From: a virus
IMG/VR virus record: IMGVR_UViG_3300029830_000112
DNA: 5,757 nt
Direction: 5' to 3' (one strand)
In this document: positions 1 to 5,155 of the stretch, piece by piece
How the letters are laid out: the number at the start of each line of letters is the position of its first letter
How positions within the stretch are numbered: the first letter of the stretch is position 1
The notes under the pieces: model-generated
The model's database searches: none
Told to the model about the DNA's origin: nothing
The model's input: the letters and a program-made list of their open reading frames with translations, nothing else
Translations under genes and position numbers: made by a program

Positions 1-77
1 ATTTGACCCATTCCCCATAGATTGCACATCCATTCACTTGTATAATATCCGTTATGCCTTATTTTATAGATTTGCTT
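1..77. repeat. 77-nt terminal direct repeat. Positions 1-77 are identical to 5681-5757, a circular-genome wrap-around artefact, giving a unit genome length of 5680 nt.
   Basis: Direct comparison of the window ends shows atttgacccattccccatagattgcacatccattcacttgtataatatccgttatgccttattttatagatttgctt at both 1-77 and 5681-5757. Confidence 0.95.
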
Positions 78-599
78 CAAGTCTTTTGGTTGCCATCCAT
101 ACAATATCATGTGATAGTGTGGTCTTGCTGTTTGCTCTCCGTACTCTCCCGCACAGAAATAGCGTAGTTGGCTCCCGTAAGCCTTCCTGAGACGTTTTAA
201 GAACTTTTGCATATCTGGATATAGCAATGTTTGCACGCTCTCTGGCGCCTTTTCTCCCGGCTTCCAGACGTATTGAACCTTACGCATGATTTCACCGGTT
301 TTAATTATCATTCCCGGCACGTGGTCATCATCATAAGTTAGTGTGATAAACCAGACTTCTTCTTTTGGCCATGATCTGGCCTCTAGCTCTATGCGTGTTG
401 TCCAGTCCTCTCTCTGCCGTATTCTGCACCCGATGCATTTTCCGCATGGTATTAACATTACTTTTGGGTCATATATTAAATCTTCATATTTCATCTGTTT
501 CCCGGCTAATTCAGAAAAGTGGGCGAGTGACATCACCCGCCCACTTATTTCTCTGTTTTCCGGGTTGTACAGCCTTATAAGTGGCTTGTAACAACTCAT
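1..599 (-). CDS. VP4: Replication initiation protein (Microviridae VP4, HUH rolling-circle endonuclease), N-terminal about 200 aa. The full CDS is join(599..1, 5680..5257) on the circular genome and encodes about 340 aa.
   Basis: Manual minus-strand translation from ATG (revcomp of 597-599) gives MSCYKPLIRLYNPENREISGRVMSLAHFSELAGKQMKYEDLIYDPKVMLIPCGKCIGCRIRQREDWTTRIELEARSWPKEEVWFITLTYDDDHVPG...YFCAGEYGEQTRPHYHMILYGWQPKDLKQIYKIRHNGYYTSEW. It then runs in frame into the 150-aa ORF at 5709. It carries RCR motif I (FITLTY, 333-350), motif II HUH (HYHMILYG, 96-119) and an N-terminal PCGKCIGCR Cys cluster (423-449) typical of gokushovirus VP4. A Shine-Dalgarno AGGTGA lies 9 nt upstream. The start ATG overlaps the VP2 stop (ATGA). 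Confidence 0.85.
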   Translation of the reverse strand, partial: MSCYKPLIRLYNPENREISGRVMSLAHFSELAGKQMKYEDLIYDPKVMLIPCGKCIGCRIRQREDWTTRIELEARSWPKEEVWFITLTYDDDHVPGMIIKTGEIMRKVQYVWKPGEKAPESVQTLLYPDMQKFLKRLRKAYGSQLRYFCAGEYGEQTARPHYHMILYGWQPKDLKQIYKIRHNGYYTSEWMCNLWGMGQ

Positions 600-1450
600 C
601 TTAAATAGTCACCTGGCTTCCTTTTTTCGCCATAATCTCCCGTTTTGTTCTGCGGTTTTGTGAATTCTCGCTTTCTGCCCTGTCTTGGCGTTACTTTTTC
701 AACTGCTTCTTCGGTTGCTTTGTCGGTTTCGTTTCCGATTTCCGTTAGTGCCTTTTGCATTCCGTAAGGTGTCAAGTGCGTTTCGCTTAGCATCTGTTGC
801 CAGCTTTGCGCCGCGTTGTACCAGTCTGATGTGCTCCAACTGCTACTGCTGTATGCGTTTGGTACAAATCCCCCGCTTCTGCTTACACCTAGTGCGCTAC
901 TACTTGCAAGCCCTATACTTGCGCCGCTTATGGTTCCCGCACTTCCTCCGGGTGTGCTCGCGCCCCCATTTGCGAATGCTAGTATAGGATTTATTCCTGC
1001 TTTTTTCATGTCCTCTACGGCTCTTTGATAGGCCGTGTTTGACATTCTTTCTTGCCATTCTCTGTTTTTCATGGCTTCGGTGCTGTTAAAATTCATTGCC
1101 GCTGCGTTCTCGATGTGGTTATAAATGCCTTGTGCAATTGCACTTAAGGTGTTGTAACCCATTTGTTTTAACATGGAGCTGCTATTGAACTGACTTTGCC
1201 TTTCTCCTTCGGCTGCTTGGTATTGATATGCACCTTCCAGCCATTTTTGCACCTGCTCGATGTTCGTTCCTGCTTGGCTTCCACTTTCTGAATGTCCTCC
1301 GCCTTGGCTTATACTGCCGCCTTGGCTTTGTGAATTTCCTGTCTGTCCCCATCCACCGAATGCGCCGCCTATGTTTTTTACTGCTCCTGCAATGCTTCCT
1401 ATTGCGTTGGCTCCTGCGCCGATCATTGACATAATGCTTAATGGATCCAT
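596..1450 (-). CDS. VP2: Minor capsid / DNA pilot protein (Microviridae VP2-like), 284 aa.
   Basis: Gly/Ser/Ala-rich N-terminal half (GAGANAIGSIAGAVKNIGGAFGGWGQTGNSQSQGGSISQGGGHSESGSQAG) followed by a helical C-terminal half, as in gokushovirus VP2. It sits immediately downstream of VP1. ATG start at 1448-1450. TGA stop overlaps the VP4 ATG. Confidence 0.7.
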   Translation of the reverse strand: MDPLSIMSMIGAGANAIGSIAGAVKNIGGAFGGWGQTGNSQSQGGSISQGGGHSESGSQAGTNIEQVQKWLEGAYQYQAAEGERQSQFNSSSMLKQMGYNTLSAIAQGIYNHIENAAAMNFNSTEAMKNREWQERMSNTAYQRAVEDMKKAGINPILAFANGGASTPGGSAGTISGASIGLASSSALGVSRSGGFVPNAYSSSSWSTSDWYNAAQSWQQMLSETHLTPYGMQKALTEIGNETDKATEEAVEKVTPRQGRKREFTKPQNKTGDYGEKRKPGDYLR

Positions 1451-1458
1451 TTTAAAAT

Positions 1459-1478
1459 AGCCCGGATTTCTCCGGGCT
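1459..1478 (-). promoter_or_regulatory. GC-rich hairpin with GAAA tetraloop between VP1 and VP2 (mRNA: AGCCCGGA-GAAA-UCCGGGCU followed by AUUUUAAAAUG). Candidate attenuator or translational-control structure.
   Basis: Perfect 8-bp inverted repeat agcccgga / tccgggct with a 4-nt loop. On the mRNA strand it is preceded by a strong SD-like GAAAGGAGGAA and followed by a short U-rich tract leading directly into the VP2 ATG. Confidence 0.45.
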
Positions 1479-1488
1479 TCCTCCTTTC

Positions 1489-3177
1489 TTACAGTTTATA
1501 CAGGCCCGGCACGCTATACAGCGGCATTCTTCGTGTGGTTTTGTTTGCCACTCGCACGGCTCCGAAAAATTGCGGTTCGCTCTGCACAATCAATGTTCTT
1601 GCAATCTCCGCTTTGCCCTCTGCCATCCATTCCTGGCTGAGCGTTGGTACTTTACTGTATATATCAGCGTAGTGCCAGAAGTCCAGTGTACCGGTCGCGT
1701 TGCTTCTCATGAGGCCGGACACCCGGTTTGGCTTCATTCGGTAGTCTGCCCACGCTTCTTGGTAACCGAATGTTTCTTCATCGGTTGCGTCACCGGTCAG
1801 CATGATTTCTTTCTTCTTTACCGGCTGTTCCCCTAAATTTGCGAACTGCGGGACATAGTAGTCCAGCCGGTCGCGTCGGCTCCAGAAGCGTTCAAGGCCC
1901 TGTTGGTAGCTTCTATTGTGCCGTACACATGCGACGCCAATGACAAAGCCGTGTTCTTCAAAGCTTTTAGTAAAAGAGCTCTCTCTGATAGGTGTTACGG
2001 ACACCGCACCTGTTTCACCGATGGGTGTATCGTTTTCCGTCTGTTGGCCGCTGGTCTGCACAATCTGGTTTACGTTGACTTGATATCTGCCGCCTCCCAG
2101 ATATTCCGGGATTTGTACGGTCTTGTCACTGATTGTTACATCCCATAATGCGCGTACTTGTTCGCGGTACCTGCTGCCACCTCTAGTCAGTGCTTCATAG
2201 TACTGTTGTACTGCTACGGCATTTCTCAATTCGTTGATGGTTGCCGCTGTTACGGCACTTAAGTCTGCCGTCATCCGTTCGCCTAATTTTAGTGACCCAT
2301 TGAATGTTCCCAGGACTGCGCGTGCTTTTTCGTTTACGTTTTCATAGTCTTGGGTCATTATTTCGTTTCCTGTGCGGTATAGATATCCTCCTGCTCCTTC
2401 TTTCCAGATTCCGGTATTTTCCAGGTCTGCGATTACTAACGGATTGTCTGTTCCGTCTGCCCAGTAAATCGGTGCATTGCCCGACATTGGTAGGTTAATT
2501 TCCGGCCCACGTTGTGGGTAAGGCATACAGGATGTGAAGTAGTCGTGGTATTTATTTACCGGAAGTAGATTTCCACCCAGTACTGCGTTTTTCAGGTCTT
2601 TTTCCAGCGTTTCTGTTGCTTCTTCGTCGAAATTGTAAGTCACGTCTTTGCTATCGTTTTTCAGAACTGCCGCGTTGTCTACGTTTTCGTCTCTAAAAAA
2701 CTCATTCCAGATTTTTACATATGCTCGGATTGGTAATGCATTGACGGTGAATGGTTTATTGATTTTCGTAGGCACACCCATGTAGTCCAAAATTGACTTT
2801 TCGTTTGGTGCAGGCTTTTCAGTTGTGCCGTTGATTTTGATTTGTGGTACTTTATATGCTATTGTTGGCATCCATGGTGTTTCCTCAACTTCACCCATGA
2901 AATTTTTAAATTTGTCCCACAAGATTCTATTTGGCGTGTAGAAGTAATAGAAGTCAATAAATGCATCATCCATGACCGGATATTTCGGTGTGCTCATGCG
3001 AATGATTGCTGTCGTGTCTACCTGGAAAGTGTCTCCCGGTAATACCTCGTCCACGAAAAATGGAATCAGTTTTCCGGAATCAAATGTTGTTAGAATAGTC
3101 TGGTCGCGATTAAATCTTGTTCGGCTTGCGTGCATTTCCGGGATTTGAAGGAAATGTCTTTCATTATTTCTGTTCAT
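1489..3177 (-). CDS. VP1: Major capsid protein (Microviridae VP1 / F-like jelly-roll capsid protein), 562 aa.
   Basis: Size is typical of gokushovirus VP1. The N-terminus MNRNNERHFLQIPEMHASRTRFNRDQ...VLPGDTFQVDTTAIIRMSTP resembles the conserved F/VP1 N-terminal beta-strand region (compare phiX174 F ...PVIAGDSFEMD...). Strong SD AGAGGAA upstream. It is the longest ORF and lies on the strand shared by all genes. Confidence 0.85.
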   Translation of the reverse strand: MNRNNERHFLQIPEMHASRTRFNRDQTILTTFDSGKLIPFFVDEVLPGDTFQVDTTAIIRMSTPKYPVMDDAFIDFYYFYTPNRILWDKFKNFMGEVEETPWMPTIAYKVPQIKINGTTEKPAPNEKSILDYMGVPTKINKPFTVNALPIRAYVKIWNEFFRDENVDNAAVLKNDSKDVTYNFDEEATETLEKDLKNAVLGGNLLPVNKYHDYFTSCMPYPQRGPEINLPMSGNAPIYWADGTDNPLVIADLENTGIWKEGAGGYLYRTGNEIMTQDYENVNEKARAVLGTFNGSLKLGERMTADLSAVTAATINELRNAVAVQQYYEALTRGGSRYREQVRALWDVTISDKTVQIPEYLGGGRYQVNVNQIVQTSGQQTENDTPIGETGAVSVTPIRESSFTKSFEEHGFVIGVACVRHNRSYQQGLERFWSRRDRLDYYVPQFANLGEQPVKKKEIMLTGDATDEETFGYQEAWADYRMKPNRVSGLMRSNATGTLDFWHYADIYSKVPTLSQEWMAEGKAEIARTLIVQSEPQFFGAVRVANKTTRRMPLYSVPGLYKL

Positions 3178-3574
3178 TTGCTTCCTCTTTCTGCACCTTT
3201 TCCTGTGCGGCTTCCTGTGCCTTTTTCAGCTCTTCCAGCTTCATGGCTTTTACCTGTGCCGTTGCCATCATCTGGTGATACTCGTGCACGTTCTGCGGCC
3301 ATCCGGTAATGTCCGTGATTGGCATTTCTTCTTTGGATAGTGCTCCCTGTGACAGACTTGCCATAAAGGCCGGGTCGAAACTTGCTTTCCTGACAATGTT
3401 CTTGATGTCACATTCGTCTGCATAGCTTTCAATTTCGGCCTGCACGTCGATGCTTTCGGTTTCCTGCAAGTACTCCTTGCCGTCCTTGTCCTTTGCCCAG
3501 ACGTATTGTTTTCGTTCGTTTTTGCCTGGTTCGGAAAAGAGGGGCTTTCGCCCCTCCTCATATCGTTTATTCAT
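3164..3574 (-). CDS. VP3-like putative internal scaffolding protein (136 aa, acidic N-terminal half, Lys/Glu-rich helical C-terminus). The assignment is by position and composition only.
   Basis: ATG at 3572-3574 with SD GGGAGGG 8 nt upstream. Its stop overlaps the VP1 start by 14 nt (ATGAACAGAAATAA), suggesting translational coupling with the capsid gene. The C-terminus (ATAQVKAMKLEELKKAQEAAQEKVQKEEANEQK) is predicted helical, like microvirus scaffold proteins. Confidence 0.4.
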   Translation of the reverse strand: MNKRYEEGRKPLFSEPGKNERKQYVWAKDKDGKEYLQETESIDVQAEIESYADECDIKNIVRKASFDPAFMASLSQGALSKEEMPITDITGWPQNVHEYHQMMATAQVKAMKLEELKKAQEAAQEKVQKEEANEQK

Positions 3575-3806
3575 GCGGCTTGCCCTCCCATACTTTTTCC
3601 GCGTCGTTCTGGAAGGTTCCTAGTTCGTCTTCAAAGTTGGCCAATTTGAACCCGGTGTAGTCCTGCGGACTTTGGCCGATAAAGGTTTTTTCGTCCTTTG
3701 CCATTACATCGCACATTCGCGCAAACGTTGCGTTATTCTTGCTCTCGCCAACCCATGCATAGCATTTTGCTACTCTGTCCCAGATACCGTAATACGAATG
3801 AATCAT
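3567..3806 (-). CDS. Hypothetical protein (79 aa), possibly VP5-like or another morphogenesis/accessory protein.
   Basis: ATG start at 3804-3806 with SD AAAGGA 8 nt upstream. Its TAA stop overlaps the ATG of the downstream 136-aa ORF (ATGAATAA). Same strand and operon organisation as the structural genes. Confidence 0.5.
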   Translation of the reverse strand: MIHSYYGIWDRVAKCYAWVGESKNNATFARMCDVMAKDEKTFIGQSPQDYTGFKLANFEDELGTFQNDAEKVWEGKPHE

Positions 3807-3822
3807 TGTTTTTGTCCTTTCT

Positions 3823-3924
3823 TTACAGTCGGATGCCTCCGCGCATGGGCTTCTGACTTAGGTTGATACTCTTTGTTTTTCGTGCGGTGACGTTGAACAT
3901 GTGTTTATCTTTTCGCATATTCAT
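3823..3924 (-). CDS. Possible small basic peptide (33 aa, MNMRKDKHMFNVTARKTKSINLSQKPMRGGIRL). Candidate J-like / ORF8-like DNA-binding packaging protein.
   Basis: Found by manual translation of the 120-nt gap between the 75-aa and 79-aa ORFs. It holds 9 Lys/Arg in 33 aa, with the ATG 4 nt after the upstream stop. Only a weak purine-rich stretch lies upstream, and it is too short for the ORF track. Confidence 0.25.
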   Translation of the reverse strand: MNMRKDKHMFNVTARKTKSINLSQKPMRGGIRL

Positions 3925-3928
3925 TTTC

Positions 3929-4156
3929 TTACGATATGCCATTGTAGAATCCCCTTCTGATAAGTTCAAGTTCTATTGCGTTTGTAAAGCTCTTTAAGTG
4001 CCAGATTTCGTCTAGCATCTTCTTTGCGGTTTCTATGTCCGCTATCTTGCGCAAGAGCCTATATTGCGCGTTGATTTCTTTGTATTTTTTTTCAAGTAGT
4101 TCAGACAATTCTTTTTCGGTCTGGTCTCTTACGTTCCAGCTTTTGTGCAGGTCCAT
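3929..4156 (-). CDS. Hypothetical protein (75 aa), predicted helical / coiled-coil-like.
   Basis: ATG at 4154-4156 preceded by SD AAGGAG at 8-nt spacing. The sequence MDLHKSWNVRDQTEKELSELLEKKYKEINAQYRLLRKIADIETAKKMLDEIWHLK carries charged heptad-like periodicity. Same strand as all other genes. Confidence 0.5.
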   Translation of the reverse strand: MDLHKSWNVRDQTEKELSELLEKKYKEINAQYRLLRKIADIETAKKMLDEIWHLKSFTNAIELELIRRGFYNGIS

Positions 4157-4281
4157 GGTTGTTACTCCTTCTCATTCGTCGCGTCCTTCAGCGCGTGATA
4201 GATTTCATCGAGCCGGTCTAGGATTTGCAGCATAATGTCGATTGCCTTCTTGACGTCCTTAACGTTGATAAGTGCTATGGT

Positions 4282-4674
4282 TTATACCCCCTTTCTGTAC
4301 TTGCTGTTGCGAGTGTCAAAGTGCACCCACGATTTATAGACGATGATGCCGCAAGAGTTTGGCGCCAGCTTGTCAAGCTCTTTTGCAACCTCCTTTGGCG
4401 TCATGTCTTTCACGGTGATATCGGCCGCCATGCCGCGCGTGTGGTAGCTGTATTTTGCTCCACCTACTTTTTTGTTATGCTCTGGCGTTCTATATCCGCT
4501 TGTTACGATTACTGGCTTTTTAATTGTCTCGCGTAGGATGTCTAACAGGATTGCTAGACACTCGTCTACAAAGACAATTGGTGACCCATCTTTACACGCG
4601 AATTCTTTTACTTTGAAGTGTTTTGTGATTTTGACGTCTGCTTGTTCGTCTAATACATATGCTTTAATTTCCAT
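4282..4674 (-). CDS. Peptidase M15 (LAS-family zinc D-Ala-D-Ala carboxypeptidase / L-Ala-D-Glu peptidase fold, Peptidase_M15_3-like), 130 aa. Likely cell-wall hydrolase / endolysin.
   Basis: The translation contains the LAS-family zinc-binding signature in the canonical order and spacing: KEFACKDGS...SGYRTPEHNKKVGGAKYSYHTRGMAADI...SWVHFDTR (SxHxxGxAxD plus a terminal WVHxD His). ATG at 4672-4674 with SD AGGTGA 5 nt upstream. A sigma70-like promoter lies directly upstream. Confidence 0.75.
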   Translation of the reverse strand: MEIKAYVLDEQADVKITKHFKVKEFACKDGSPIVFVDECLAILLDILRETIKKPVIVTSGYRTPEHNKKVGGAKYSYHTRGMAADITVKDMTPKEVAKELDKLAPNSCGIIVYKSWVHFDTRNSKYRKGV

Positions 4675-4705
4675 GGCGATTCACCTTTTTTTGTATTCTA
4701 TCGGT

Positions 4706-4734
4706 ATTGTATCATTCAATCTCCGAATTTTCAA
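4706..4734 (-). promoter_or_regulatory. Sigma70-like promoter for the peptidase/accessory-gene module: -35 TTGAAA (4729-4734), 17-nt spacer, -10 TACAAT (4706-4711), read on the minus strand.
   Basis: TTGAAA-N17-TACAAT (5/6 and 5/6 matches to consensus, optimal spacing). It lies about 30 nt upstream of the peptidase ATG, within the intergenic region. Confidence 0.45.
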
Positions 4735-4781
4735 GGGTTGCGTTAGCAACTTTTGAAATTTCGGTGATTTCGCCGTTAGGC

Positions 4782-4946
4782 GTTTTCAACAGTTTCCACA
4801 TAGTTTTCAACTTTTCCACATTGTTAAACTTTATCACAATAGAGTATTTTAACAATTCAACAAGTTTTTAACATTTCTTTTAACAATAGTTTCTTTCATA
4901 AAGAAACGTTATTGTGTTATTTTTTAATGGTTTTCAACTTTTCAAC
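4782..4946. repeat. AT-rich iteron region. It holds a 21-bp tandem direct repeat (4782-4802 gttttcaacagtttccacata; 4803-4823 gttttcaacttttccacattg). It holds three same-orientation DnaA-box-like 9-mers (4792-4800 GTTTCCACA, 4812-4820 TTTTCCACA, 4830-4838 TTTATCACA). It holds TTTTCAAC x4 (4783, 4804, 4931, 4939) and TTTTAACA x3 (4847, 4866, 4878). It also holds an 8-bp-stem hairpin gtttctttcataaagaaac (4889-4907).
   Basis: Repeats read directly from the sequence. TTTTCCACA fits the relaxed DnaA box consensus TTWTNCACA exactly, and the other two have one mismatch each. Confidence 0.6.
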
Positions 4947-4980
4947 TACCTCTACTACTACGACTACAACAAGTTAATAA

Positions 4981-5032
4981 ATATATGCGCGTGCGTGCGT
5001 GCGCGTCTACGTGCGCGTATGCGCGCGCATAC
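4981..5032. repeat. Alternating purine-pyrimidine (Z-DNA-prone) tract: atatatgcgcgtgcgtgcgtgcgcgt-ct-acgtgcgcgtatgcgcgcgcatac, including the perfect 16-bp palindrome gtatgcgcgcgcatac (5017-5032).
   Basis: 26 nt of perfect Pu/Py alternation, a 2-nt break, then 24 nt of perfect alternation. (GCGT)n-like composition. The palindrome was verified by reverse complement. Confidence 0.8.
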
Positions 5033-5036
5033 CTTT

Positions 5037-5155
5037 GAGCGCTTTAGCGCGAACCGGCGTCCGCGCGATTTCAGCGCGGTCAGCGGCTGATCAGTCAGCC
5101 GCGACGCCGTGCCAATAGGGGTCCGGGGACGCGAGCGGAACGCGGCCCCGGGATA
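5037..5155. other. GC-rich island (about 70% GC by eye versus about 43% for the genome) made of consecutive stem-loops. These are gcgc-ttta-gcgc (5042-5053); ccgcgc-gatttca-gcgcgg (5061-5079); gcggctga-tcag-tcagccgc (5083-5102, with the embedded palindrome ctgatcag); and the compound hairpin tccgggg-a-cgcg-agcggaa-cgcg-g-ccccgga (5122-5152). Candidate complementary-strand (ssDNA to dsDNA) origin or another structured cis element.
   Basis: Inverted repeats verified by reverse complementation. The compositional contrast with flanking AT-rich DNA is obvious by eye. Confidence 0.5.

Noticed and set aside
343-591. Plus-strand ORFs of 82 and 71 aa (343..591 and 365..580).
   Set aside because: They lie entirely antisense to the Rep (VP4) coding region with its conserved RCR motifs. 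They have no RBS and low-complexity, hydrophobic translations, so they are artefacts of the complementary strand.
685-3042. Plus-strand ORFs 685..987, 816..1028, 1228..1434, 1260..1460, 1570..1836, 1903..2148, 2304..2498 and 2842..3042.
   Set aside because: All are antisense to the VP2 or VP1 genes. Their Leu/Cys/Phe-rich low-complexity translations are typical of the reverse strand of coding DNA.
3268-3561. A 97-aa strongly basic ORF on the gene strand, fully embedded (+1 frame) in the 136-aa ORF.
   Set aside because: Its basic character is what a frame-shifted reading of a Lys/Glu-rich (AAG/GAA) gene gives. It has no RBS of its own, as the shared SD is 21 nt away. Overprinted genes do exist in Microviridae, so this is not excluded, but there is no positive evidence.
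4157-4281. A 24-aa ORF (MLQILDRLDEIYHALKDATNEKE) in the peptidase-to-ORF75 spacer, in frame with and directly after the peptidase stop.
   Set aside because: It is too short and has no RBS. The region more probably serves as the 5' leader carrying the AAGGAG SD for the 75-aa ORF. Stop-codon readthrough extension of the peptidase is conceivable but unsupported.
3672-4756. Plus-strand ORFs 3672..3866, 4035..4235, 4225..4536 and 4472..4756.
   Set aside because: They are antisense to the 79-aa, 75-aa and peptidase genes and have no translational signals. They are spurious.
4950-4972. Short trinucleotide-like run ctactactacgactacaacaag.
   Set aside because: It is only about three CTA units with degenerate continuation. 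It is too short to call a microsatellite and is probably just a spacer between the AT-rich and GC-rich blocks.
4818-5032. Possible XerC/D dif-like attachment site (TGTTAAA resembles the E. coli dif XerD arm; CGTGCGCGTAT resembles the XerC arm GGTGCGCATAA).
   Set aside because: The two arm-like matches are about 190 bp apart rather than separated by a 6-bp spacer. No 11-6-11 dif architecture is present. The 16-bp palindrome is symmetric rather than XerC/XerD-asymmetric.
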